Below, piece after piece: positions 1 through 8,492 of a DNA stretch of 64,000 bases. Origin of the DNA: an uncultured Rivularia sp. (GTDB lineage Bacteria; Cyanobacteriota; Cyanobacteriia; Cyanobacteriales; Nostocaceae); contig OY762007.1 in assembly GCA_963665115.1 (NCBI GenBank), forward strand, positions 4,256,001 to 4,320,000. Reading direction: 5' to 3'. The position numbers were made by a program, and so were the translations under genes. Each line of letters begins with the position of its first letter. Positions within the stretch are counted from its first letter, which is position 1. Below the pieces are notes generated by a model. It ran no database searches, was not told the origin of the DNA, and was given only the letters and a program-made list of their open reading frames with translations.

Positions 1-564
1 CAGTATATTCCGCAGTTCGTACTATTTTAGCTGAAGTAACGATTTATCTTCTAAATAGATATATTTTATACAATTTATTTTTAGCATATTTGCCCTTTTA
101 AAGAAATCTATCTTTTGTCTGATTGAATAAATGGGCTTTCATTCGCTAACAAGGTAGAGAAGGAACACCGGAATATTGGTTTATGCAAAACTTTTTTAAA
201 CTTACGAGCAGTTTTTTTTCAAATGATTTCGATTTACTCATAAGTCGAGCTAATCGCAAAGCTATGTTAATTTTCTCAGTCGTTTTTACATAGGGAGAAA
301 TACGGCTCTTGTTCCGGAAAGTCGAAAATTGTAATGTAATCTTTTTCCGTTACGATAAGTAAATTGTGTAGTGTGTTCACATTCGGCACAAACTAAAGTT
401 AAAAATTTCATGCTCAACCCACCTAAAAAATATATGGGTTTTGAGAAAACACAAGATTGTAAGAGACGATTGTTGGAAGTATTTCTTTGATGAAGCCGCA
501 GGTACAAAGTTCTGGAATTCTGTGTAGAGTTATTTTACAAGAATTCGCGCCTTTCTTTTTAAGC

Positions 565-659
565 TGGAGCCATCTTGGAGCCACCTTTTATCGCTAGAAA
601 AATACAATTTCTATAACTCTTACTAATAATTAGGCTCCAGATGTCTCCAATTGTCTCCA
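565..659. repeat. Short repeats upstream of parM-like gene (candidate parC centromere/operator)
   Basis: TGGAGCCA at 565 and 576; inverted G(G/T)CTCCA at 633, 643 and 653 (10-11 bp period), directly before the ATG at 675. Confidence 0.45.
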
Positions 660-674
660 AATTTGAGCAGGTAA

Positions 675-1830
675 ATGAAAAAAAATACTGCAAAAATAAA
701 TAATTTTGACGATGCACCTTTTATTGTGATTAGCCTGGGACTTTGGGGGAAGCGGTACAAAGGGGATTTATTCGCTTTATCAAAACACCGAAGCACACTC
801 GCTATTTATGGAACCAGAAGTGATAAAGGTAACGTTAGAGTCTATCAAAAATTATGAACAGAATCTGATGGGAACAACTCATCCTGAGAATAGAGCTTGG
901 GTGTCTGTAAAGAACGAAACGAAAGCTGTCGGGTACTTAGCAAGGAACAAGTATTATGCAAATTCTGGACTTGTTGAACTAAAGTACGAACGAGCAGTTC
1001 ATAAAACGTTGGCTGCTATTTGGGTAATTAAAGAAAAACTCAAACTTCCATCTAAGCTAAGAATTGCTCTTTGTGTATTGTTTCCATCTGGAGAGTTTGA
1101 AAACAAAACAAGCTTTGAACAGTTGATTCGTGGCTGTTGTGCTGACTACTTAACACCTAGCGGCACGATGCAAGTTGAATGTGTGATGTTTAACTGTTTA
1201 CCCGAGGGTGCAGGAATATATCTATCGCATCAGAAGAAAGTAGGGGATGCGCTAAAACAGAAAGTGTGTGCGGTGGCAATGATTGGTTTTCGTAATGCAT
1301 CGCTATTAATTTCTCATCGAGGTGTTGTTTCAAGAGAGGGTAAAACGTCAGATTTAGGAATGATAAGGATGGTAGAAAAGGTTGTTGCTGCAACTGCGGG
1401 ACAAACTGTGGAGCGATTGACATCGGCAATTGCTATTTGTGGAAGCGAAATTGATACTCGTCCTTTACAAAAATTACTACGTTCTACTACTCAAGAAGGA
1501 CGCAATAATGAATTGACGCAACTTACGGGGGCAATTAAGTTTTCCCGACATGAATACTTTACCGCTTTAACAAGTTGGTTTAACCAAGTAATTCCAGCAG
1601 ATGTCGAAGAAATATTGTTTTGTGGCGGTACTGCTGACTACTTGAAAAAAGAATTGAATTCGTACTATCGGAGTACGCCATGCATCTTTTCTGGCATTAA
1701 CATTCCTTTATCAATAGACAATAATTCTCTCGGTTGCCGTTTAGCAGATGTTTACGGTGCATTTTTGTACTTCGATGAAATGGTTAAACAGCGAATTGTA
1801 ATTTCAAGTGAGGTAAATAATCGTGTCTAA
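675..1830 (+). CDS. parM: ParM/StbA-family actin-like plasmid segregation ATPase (apparent +1 frameshift at GGG 737-739)
   Basis: Removing one G joins ORFs 675 and 808 and restores the phosphate-1 motif ISLDFGGSGTKG; PEGAG, MIGFRNAS and FCGGTA actin-fold motifs also present. Confidence 0.8.
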
Positions 1831-2242
1831 ACGCCAGAATTTTCGCTGGCGATATCAACCGCGTAACAAGATGGATGTTTTAATGCTCGATTACATTATG
1901 AAGAGCGAAATTAGAAGTACCACAGAAATGATGCTGCTGTCGTTACGAGCGTTTTGGCTTCCACTTGCAGTTGCGCGATCGCCATATGAAGACAAAGCAA
2001 CTAAGGAACGCATAGTTACCGAAGCTTGCTGTACGTTGCTCAACCAACTCAATCAAATTTATGCTGCCGTTGGCTTTTCGCTGCCCAACTATCTACCGAT
2101 GCTTAATCAAGGAGAATTTGTAAAACAATCGCCTCCCGAGGAATCGAAGGATAAATCCACTCAAAATTCACCCAGCATCAACGAGCAAAAAAAAGCTGTT
2201 GGGCAATTTGATTATGACATTGATTCATTTAGTAGTTGGTAA
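1823..2242 (+). CDS. Small protein overlapping the parM stop; candidate ParR-like adaptor
   Basis: 139 aa, 8-bp overlap with parM, the usual position of the adaptor in type II partition loci. Confidence 0.55.
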   Translation: MSKRQNFRWRYQPRNKMDVLMLDYIMKSEIRSTTEMMLLSLRAFWLPLAVARSPYEDKATKERIVTEACCTLLNQLNQIYAAVGFSLPNYLPMLNQGEFVKQSPPEESKDKSTQNSPSINEQKKAVGQFDYDIDSFSSW

Positions 2243-2251
2243 TTAATAATT

Positions 2252-3224
2252 ATGGCTTTTCCACAACCTAAAAGAAAACGAGGCAGACCCTAGAAAGAAT
2301 CCTCTACCGTTTAATGTGGTATCTGAAACCGTGCAACCAATACAAGAAACTAATTATTCGCCGACTGAGCAAGTAGAAACGGATACATCATCAACCACTA
2401 AAAATTCAGAGTTTGAAGTAGAAGACTGGGAACGTGAGCTTGATGGTAATTTAACTTCAACTGATTTAAATTCACCAGATTCTACGCAGATTGAATCGCA
2501 TATTACTAATAATCTGCTAGAAAATTCTAAACAACAAACAAAAATCCATATTGTAGATTCAGAAAAAGGTGGTGCTGGTAAATCATTTTTCAGTAGAGCT
2601 TTTATTGAATACTGTGCCTTTAAAGATTTAGATGTCGCAATTGTAGATGCGGATACGAGCAATAGAGATATTGCAAAACTTTATGATGATGTTGAATTAG
2701 CATTTTTTAGCGATGATGAAAAGAAGGCTTCCTATGCCGATAAAATCTTTGATTTAGCATTTGAAAAGTCAGTAATTGTTAATTTACCTGCCCAAGTTTA
2801 CTCTAATGTAACTAACTGGATTAAACGTAATAATTTAACCGAATTGGGTAAAGAACATTCCATTTCATTTATTAAATGGTTTGTATGTACTGGCGGAGTT
2901 GATTCGGTCAATTTCTTCCTTAAATCTTTAGAGGATTTAGGTGATGATATCACTCACGTATTTGTCAAAAACTTGGGATTGTGCGATGAGTGGAACTACA
3001 TTGAACAAATGCCTGAGTTCGTTGCTGCTCAAGATAAATACAAGTTCATCGTTATGGAATTTCCCAGATTTCCATTTTGGGAACGCAATATGATAGACCG
3101 TTTAGAAATTACTTTTGAAAGAGCAGTTTCTCATCCTGAATTTAAAGCGGTATCAAAGCAGCGGGTAAAAAATTATCTCAGGAGGATTTATGCTTCTTTA
3201 GCTGCAACGGAGTTAATTGAATGA
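2252..3224 (+). CDS. MobD-like/ParA-type P-loop mobilization protein with N-terminal AT-hook (apparent +1 frameshift at CCC 2288-2290)
   Basis: Deviant Walker A DSEKGGAGKS, VDADTSN and VNLPAQ; removing one C gives MAFPQPKRKRGRPRKNPLPFNV in frame with ORF 2316. Confidence 0.65.
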
Positions 3225-3937
3225 GTACGGATGATGGTTCCAAAAATATAGAAGAAAAACCAAAAACTCCGGATGATTTACTTGCTCAAGCTTTGAAGGG
3301 GAAGAGTGAAGAGTTTAAGCAACGAGTAGTGGATTTCGCTTTTAGAAGTGGCTTATCAAAAGATGACCCATTATTTCTGGTACTGGTTGCAACGGGACAA
3401 TTGGAAGCAATGTTGCAGGATGCACCAGAAACATTAAAAGTACTTTTTAAAACTTGGAATCAAGATTTAGCAAATAATTTAGAGAAGGTAGAACAAGTTG
3501 CTGTTCAAAGACAGAAAGTAGCAATTAACCGAGCAGCACAGGCTTTGATTCATGAATCTTTGGTGCGTGAAGGTCGAAATATCATCAATTCTATTTATCC
3601 AGCTGCTATTGTATTCTTTCTGATTTTTGGGGCGGGTTTCATTGGTGGAGTTACGATACCACCTTGGATTGTTGGTGTGTTAGGGAAGGGATATACCTTG
3701 GTGAAATCAAATACTTTGACTTGGAACGAGTTGAACGCGATGAAGTGGGCAATGTCGAGTGAAGGTAAATTTGCGAAAAATTTGATTGATTGGAATCGCG
3801 GTTATTTAGACAATAAGGAATGTATCAAGGATGCTCAAAAATTGGGTGTAGTTTTATCGCAATACAACCGCAAAGCAAAGTCAGGATTTTGTACCATTTG
3901 GGTGGTTCCGGCAGGTAAACGTAAATTTGGTTCTTGA
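3221..3937 (+). CDS. DUF6753-like cyanobacterial plasmid membrane protein
   Basis: DDPLFLVLVATGQLEAML motif, coiled region and one TM segment; 4-bp overlap with the MobD-like gene. Confidence 0.6.
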   Translation: MSTDDGSKNIEEKPKTPDDLLAQALKGKSEEFKQRVVDFAFRSGLSKDDPLFLVLVATGQLEAMLQDAPETLKVLFKTWNQDLANNLEKVEQVAVQRQKVAINRAAQALIHESLVREGRNIINSIYPAAIVFFLIFGAGFIGGVTIPPWIVGVLGKGYTLVKSNTLTWNELNAMKWAMSSEGKFAKNLIDWNRGYLDNKECIKDAQKLGVVLSQYNRKAKSGFCTIWVVPAGKRKFGS

Positions 3938-4274
3938 ACCCAAACAATAAAGTTCTAAACTAAGACGTAAATTCGTAAACTAGGTCGTAAAGTTATAAAC
4001 TAACTGTCACATATAGGAATCGGGGTTAGATTTGGAGAAAGAATCTTGAACTATAACTTTTGAGACTTGTTAACCGTTTTTTAGTAAAACCTTTGAGTGC
4101 TTTAAATTAACAAGCAATGTGACAGTTTGGAACTTTATTGTTTGCAGTTTCTTACTAACCAGCAGTTTTACACCCACACAGTTTACAACTTTCTTTTTTT
4201 GCTCTTTGTAAATGTCAACGTAATATCAAGGCTTTCGGATATTTGTCAGTTTACAACTTTATTGTTTGCTTACA
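3935..4274. mobile_element. Non-autonomous mini-element bounded by Tn7-like ends
   Basis: Right end on the - strand reads TGTAAGCAAACAATAAAGTTGTAAACTG, with spaced sites at 4123-4144 and 4179-4198. Left end reads TGAACCCAAACAATAAAGTTCTAAACT, followed by two more contiguous 20-bp sites. Both resemble Tn7 TnsB sites. No target-site duplication seen. Confidence 0.55.
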
Positions 4275-4348
4275 CACCTTGAGCTTAAATCATCATCGCA
4301 AAAACGCTTATGGAAGATTTACCACAAGCGTAATAACTAAATCCCAGA

Positions 4349-4555
4349 CTAAAACTCTTCACCATCATCAGTCCAAGGAGTCTCTAGCATTTTTCTTTCA
4401 TATAAAGCAATTGCCTCTTTCTCTTTCTCATCTTGTGGGTCATAAAAATCATCGTAATTTGCATATCCCTCGCTCAGAAGTTCTTCAGGGGTCATCGATG
4501 CCATTACCTGGTATCTACTTATTTTTGGTTTCTGATTCATTGGCTGTTGATTCAT
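4349..4555 (-). CDS. Small acidic hypothetical protein
   Basis: 68-aa ATG ORF divergent from the polymerase-like gene. Confidence 0.5.
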   Translation of the reverse strand: MNQQPMNQKPKISRYQVMASMTPEELLSEGYANYDDFYDPQDEKEKEAIALYERKMLETPWTDDGEEF

Positions 4556-4659
4556 CTGTCTAACCTGTTAACTGATAACAATATTTATTCTAAATGTGAA
4601 AAACAAATTGTGTATTGCTCTGATTGTTAACAATTGTTCTTTCCTCTTTTTATAGCGCT

Positions 4660-7600
4660 ATGGTTATAAAACTCAATCATTTCGATACTAAGACAAAGCA
4701 AGATACCGGAATTGAGGAAAAATTAGAGAATACGCTAGCAGAATACTTATTTCCTGGTGTTGAGTTTCGCATTGGCACTGCTTACCCTGAAGCCACTATT
4801 CCACAAGATTTAGAAGAACACAATGGAATGACTCTACAGTTCTCGGCTCGTAAAAGAATGTATTTTGCAAACGATCCAGATGTACGCTCATTACTCTACC
4901 CAAACCCTTCTGATGGTGCTGCTTATCCTCTACCATTTACACCTTGTCGAAGTTTTCACGAGTTGCATAATATTAGGATACTGGTAATTGATGATGTAAC
5001 GGGAGATTCAGGTGGAATTATTGCTACGAGTGATGCCAAAAAATTAGTTGGTGATTGTAAAGGCTTAATAGATAAAGATTTTGCCTCCTCGAACAATATA
5101 GAACCGCGTGCTTTTCAATTCAGACTTGGTATCAGACCTCAAAAACAAAGCCATGTGATGCGAATTGCTAAAGGTACGCTTGCACCCGAAAGACTAGATA
5201 AATTAGGAGAATCGAAATTACAGATAAGCGGTAGCGCTAGAAAAGGTACTATTAGAACCAGAACTGGATATGATATGGTACTGGCTACTTCTTCTTTTAA
5301 AGGTAGAAAAGGAGAAGACGCTATCAAACCTGGAGAATACCTATTTGATATAGGTTTAGGTGTTAAATCAGTCGCTCAATACAGACAACATAGTTTAGGA
5401 ACCCAGATTTTAGTTAATTATCCTCGCGCTGTCAAAGAAGAAATCTTACCAATTCTGAAGCAGCAAGCAGAAGAATTAGCATCATCACAAAAAAGTCCCA
5501 GGGAATTAGCCCAAAAATACGTTGAAAACTACGAACACCGCAAAGCACTTTTAGAAGATATTAAGAAGGAAACTATTACGGAAACAGATGAAAAATTATC
5601 AGAAAAACTAGCTATATTAGATTGCTTTTGTTGTAATACTGAAGATGAAGAAATTAACCAAGAAGAAGAATTAAGCGCAGAGCAAAAAGACTTATTAATC
5701 TATTCTTTATTAAAAGTAGATTTAAACAATTTTTGTCAACTAATTGAACATCCTAAAATCGTAGCCGAACTGCAAGAATTCGCTCGTAAAGAATGGGTTG
5801 ATATTGCTACCGGACGTTCAATAAAGTTTATGTCGGGTTTAGCTCAACCTAATTTAGATTTACAGGAAGATGAAATCTGTATTCCATATTTGAAAGAAGG
5901 TTTAGAAATTATAGTAACTCGTTCGCCTTTAATTAATTCAAATGGCGTAATTACCTTAAATAATAAACATTTACCGAAAATGCTATCGGGATGCGTTTAT
6001 ATAAATCCTAAAACAGCAATGGATAATATGCAGTGCGATTTCGATGGTGATTTACTAGCTTTTGCATCGAGTGAAGAGTTTCCAATAATGACAGAAGAAG
6101 TCAAACAAAAGAATTTACCTGTAAATAAGTACCCTGATATTGTCAAAAAAGAAAAAGTTCCCTATCAAGGAAGTTTTCCTGAAATTGCTGTTTCTGCGAT
6201 GGAAAATAAAATTGGGATTATTGCTAATGAAATTCAAAAAAATATTGCCCTTCGGTGTGAAATTGATGAATTACCGCAATCCATAAAAGTCGAATATATA
6301 CAAAAAGTTTCAACACATTTAAATTATATTTTATCAAAGCATAGTCATACAACTTTACAACTTCCAGAAGACAGATTAAATAGAATATATCAAATTGCTC
6401 GTACTGGTAATACATCTTTAGATACAAATCAAGTTGATATACAACTTCAATCCTTTAAAAAATTATTAAAAGATTATGTTTCAGAACTTAGTAACGAATT
6501 ACAAGTTGCTACTGACGGAGCTAAAAGTGCATTGCGACCTGATAATAATATTATTCAACATTGTCAAGTAGTAACTAGTTATAAAGAAGTAGAATGGCTG
6601 GCTGATAAGAAAAATACGGAAGCTTTTACTAATAAAGGTATGGCTACAAATGGTTTGAGTCCAATTGATTTAATGATTCAACAAACAAATCGAATATTTG
6701 AAGAAAACCAAATTATAGCTAGACCTATTGAACAATTTAGAAATCTTTATCCTACAATTGAATTTACCTCCGAACACAAACAGCAAGCTCAAAATATTAG
6801 ACATAAATATAATTCTTTAATAAAAGAACGTATTGAATTACAGGAAAGAAAAAAGATAGAACCGGGTGCTTATATAGTTATTAGTTCTCCAATAAGCGGA
6901 CGCAAATTAGAAGTTACTAATTTAATTAAATATGACATATCCAAAGATACTGAATTTTGGAATGCAACAGAACTTAGTATCACGATAAAACCAAGACAAC
7001 CTACTTTAAAATTACCCCATCCTTTATCTGCCTGTATTCAATATCAGACTCCTGAAGGTGTAAATAGAATTAAACCCATTGGCACAATTAGTATGAAATC
7101 AATGGCAGAAAATAATCTTAAACCTGGAATGACAATAAAACAAGGTAAAGTTGAATTTTACTTTGGAATTAGTCATAGTATGATTGATGCTTTGAAGCAG
7201 CAAACTCTTGAATACGTCGAGTCAATTAGAAATAGCACTCCGGATAATGAAAAGCTACAGCTAGCAGCTGCAATTCATGATATTAGTCATACCGAAGAAA
7301 ATAAAAATTATGTAGGACTAAAAAAGGCAGGTGTGGCGTTTTCTATATTTATCGACGAAGTTATAGGTCAATTAAATCAGTTACAGTTTACCCAAATGAG
7401 AGTGCTTGGTACTCAGTTCAATCATTATGCTAATCAAAACTTTGCTGGTGAAAAAGTCCCAATAAAATTTGAAAATGGAATTAATCCTCGTGCCCCCAAT
7501 CAAACTGCGCGTTGGATAATAGTAGAAGGTAAAAAACTCGGTACTATCAATGGTTCTTCCCCTCATTTACTTGCTGGGTGTGAAGCAATTGCTAGCATCA

Positions 7601-8457
7601 ATTCTCTTTCCAGTAAAAGCGTAGTTATTACTAGTTCAAAAAATCCCGATAATAAATTGCAGATTGATAAGGTTAATAAATATGCTTTTAAATCTAATCA
7701 GTGGCAGAATGAAGAAGCGAATATTGCTTTAGCTATAGGACAAACTAACCCTAGGGGCGCACCAACTGTTTTCGCAAAAGTAGATAATAAAATATTAGGA
7801 ACCGTTAATAAAAAATCAGTCAAATTTTTACAAGAAAAACTTAACGCTGTTGGTAAATCAATCCAGGGATTTACGTTTTCTGGTACTTTAAAAAATGCTC
7901 CTGCTAGCTATGCGGATATTATAATTGACCCCTCGACCGTAAAATTTCCACAAATTGAAACTAGCTCACAACAGGATAATAAAAGCTTGATTGAAAGTAA
8001 TGAGCCTGTTTGCACTGTTTTATTTTTTGAAGCATCTGTAGATAGTAAGTTTCAACAGAAAACAGAGCAAATAATGGCTAATATGCTTAAACGGGCTGTT
8101 GAACGTGCGGTGGAGTTAGGTTACTCCAAGGTACAGTTTGTTGATGTTTCTACAAATACCACAGAGTCTTCAGCTTTAAGAACTGTTGAACAACTTACGG
8201 CTGAACACAAAGATATTAAAGTTGATTTTATAGGTGGTGCGTCCGTAGAAGATGCAATTGGACTGATGAAGAAACCAACAGATATTGTAATTGGGATAAA
8301 AAATACTCAAACCATTGGCATGATTGATTTTGTCGCTGCTCAAGGAAAGGCGATCGCCACTTACAATCCCCAAACACAGAAATTTGATAGACGGAATTTA
8401 CCTGCTCCGAGAAAGACTGCTGAAATAACTAAAGATATTGAACGCGACGAACGTTGA
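4660..8457 (+). CDS. Single-subunit two-barrel (eukaryotic RdRP/YonO-like) RNA polymerase-like protein with putative C-terminal SLOG/YspA-like domain
   Basis: GDCKGLI (5050), AFQFRLG...AKGTL (5110-5181), IVTRSP (5911) and catalytic-type CDFDGD (6034-6051) in the expected order; ATG 4660 preferred over TTG 4624. Confidence 0.7.
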   Translation: MVIKLNHFDTKTKQDTGIEEKLENTLAEYLFPGVEFRIGTAYPEATIPQDLEEHNGMTLQFSARKRMYFANDPDVRSLLYPNPSDGAAYPLPFTPCRSFHELHNIRILVIDDVTGDSGGIIATSDAKKLVGDCKGLIDKDFASSNNIEPRAFQFRLGIRPQKQSHVMRIAKGTLAPERLDKLGESKLQISGSARKGTIRTRTGYDMVLATSSFKGRKGEDAIKPGEYLFDIGLGVKSVAQYRQHSLGTQILVNYPRAVKEEILPILKQQAEELASSQKSPRELAQKYVENYEHRKALLEDIKKETITETDEKLSEKLAILDCFCCNTEDEEINQEEELSAEQKDLLIYSLLKVDLNNFCQLIEHPKIVAELQEFARKEWVDIATGRSIKFMSGLAQPNLDLQEDEICIPYLKEGLEIIVTRSPLINSNGVITLNNKHLPKMLSGCVYINPKTAMDNMQCDFDGDLLAFASSEEFPIMTEEVKQKNLPVNKYPDIVKKEKVPYQGSFPEIAVSAMENKIGIIANEIQKNIALRCEIDELPQSIKVEYIQKVSTHLNYILSKHSHTTLQLPEDRLNRIYQIARTGNTSLDTNQVDIQLQSFKKLLKDYVSELSNELQVATDGAKSALRPDNNIIQHCQVVTSYKEVEWLADKKNTEAFTNKGMATNGLSPIDLMIQQTNRIFEENQIIARPIEQFRNLYPTIEFTSEHKQQAQNIRHKYNSLIKERIELQERKKIEPGAYIVISSPISGRKLEVTNLIKYDISKDTEFWNATELSITIKPRQPTLKLPHPLSACIQYQTPEGVNRIKPIGTISMKSMAENNLKPGMTIKQGKVEFYFGISHSMIDALKQQTLEYVESIRNSTPDNEKLQLAAAIHDISHTEENKNYVGLKKAGVAFSIFIDEVIGQLNQLQFTQMRVLGTQFNHYANQNFAGEKVPIKFENGINPRAPNQTARWIIVEGKKLGTINGSSPHLLAGCEAIASINSLSSKSVVITSSKNPDNKLQIDKVNKYAFKSNQWQNEEANIALAIGQTNPRGAPTVFAKVDNKILGTVNKKSVKFLQEKLNAVGKSIQGFTFSGTLKNAPASYADIIIDPSTVKFPQIETSSQQDNKSLIESNEPVCTVLFFEASVDSKFQQKTEQIMANMLKRAVERAVELGYSKVQFVDVSTNTTESSALRTVEQLTAEHKDIKVDFIGGASVEDAIGLMKKPTDIVIGIKNTQTIGMIDFVAAQGKAIATYNPQTQKFDRRNLPAPRKTAEITKDIERDER

Positions 8458-8492
8458 ATTTGTATCAACCTATAACAACGGATTAGCGTAAA

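Noticed and set aside
286..507. Small CxxC protein
   Set aside because: Short ORF with no recognisable family; it may be real from ATG 411 but cannot be supported
675..857. Separate 60-aa gene
   Set aside because: It is the N-terminus of parM read past the apparent frameshift
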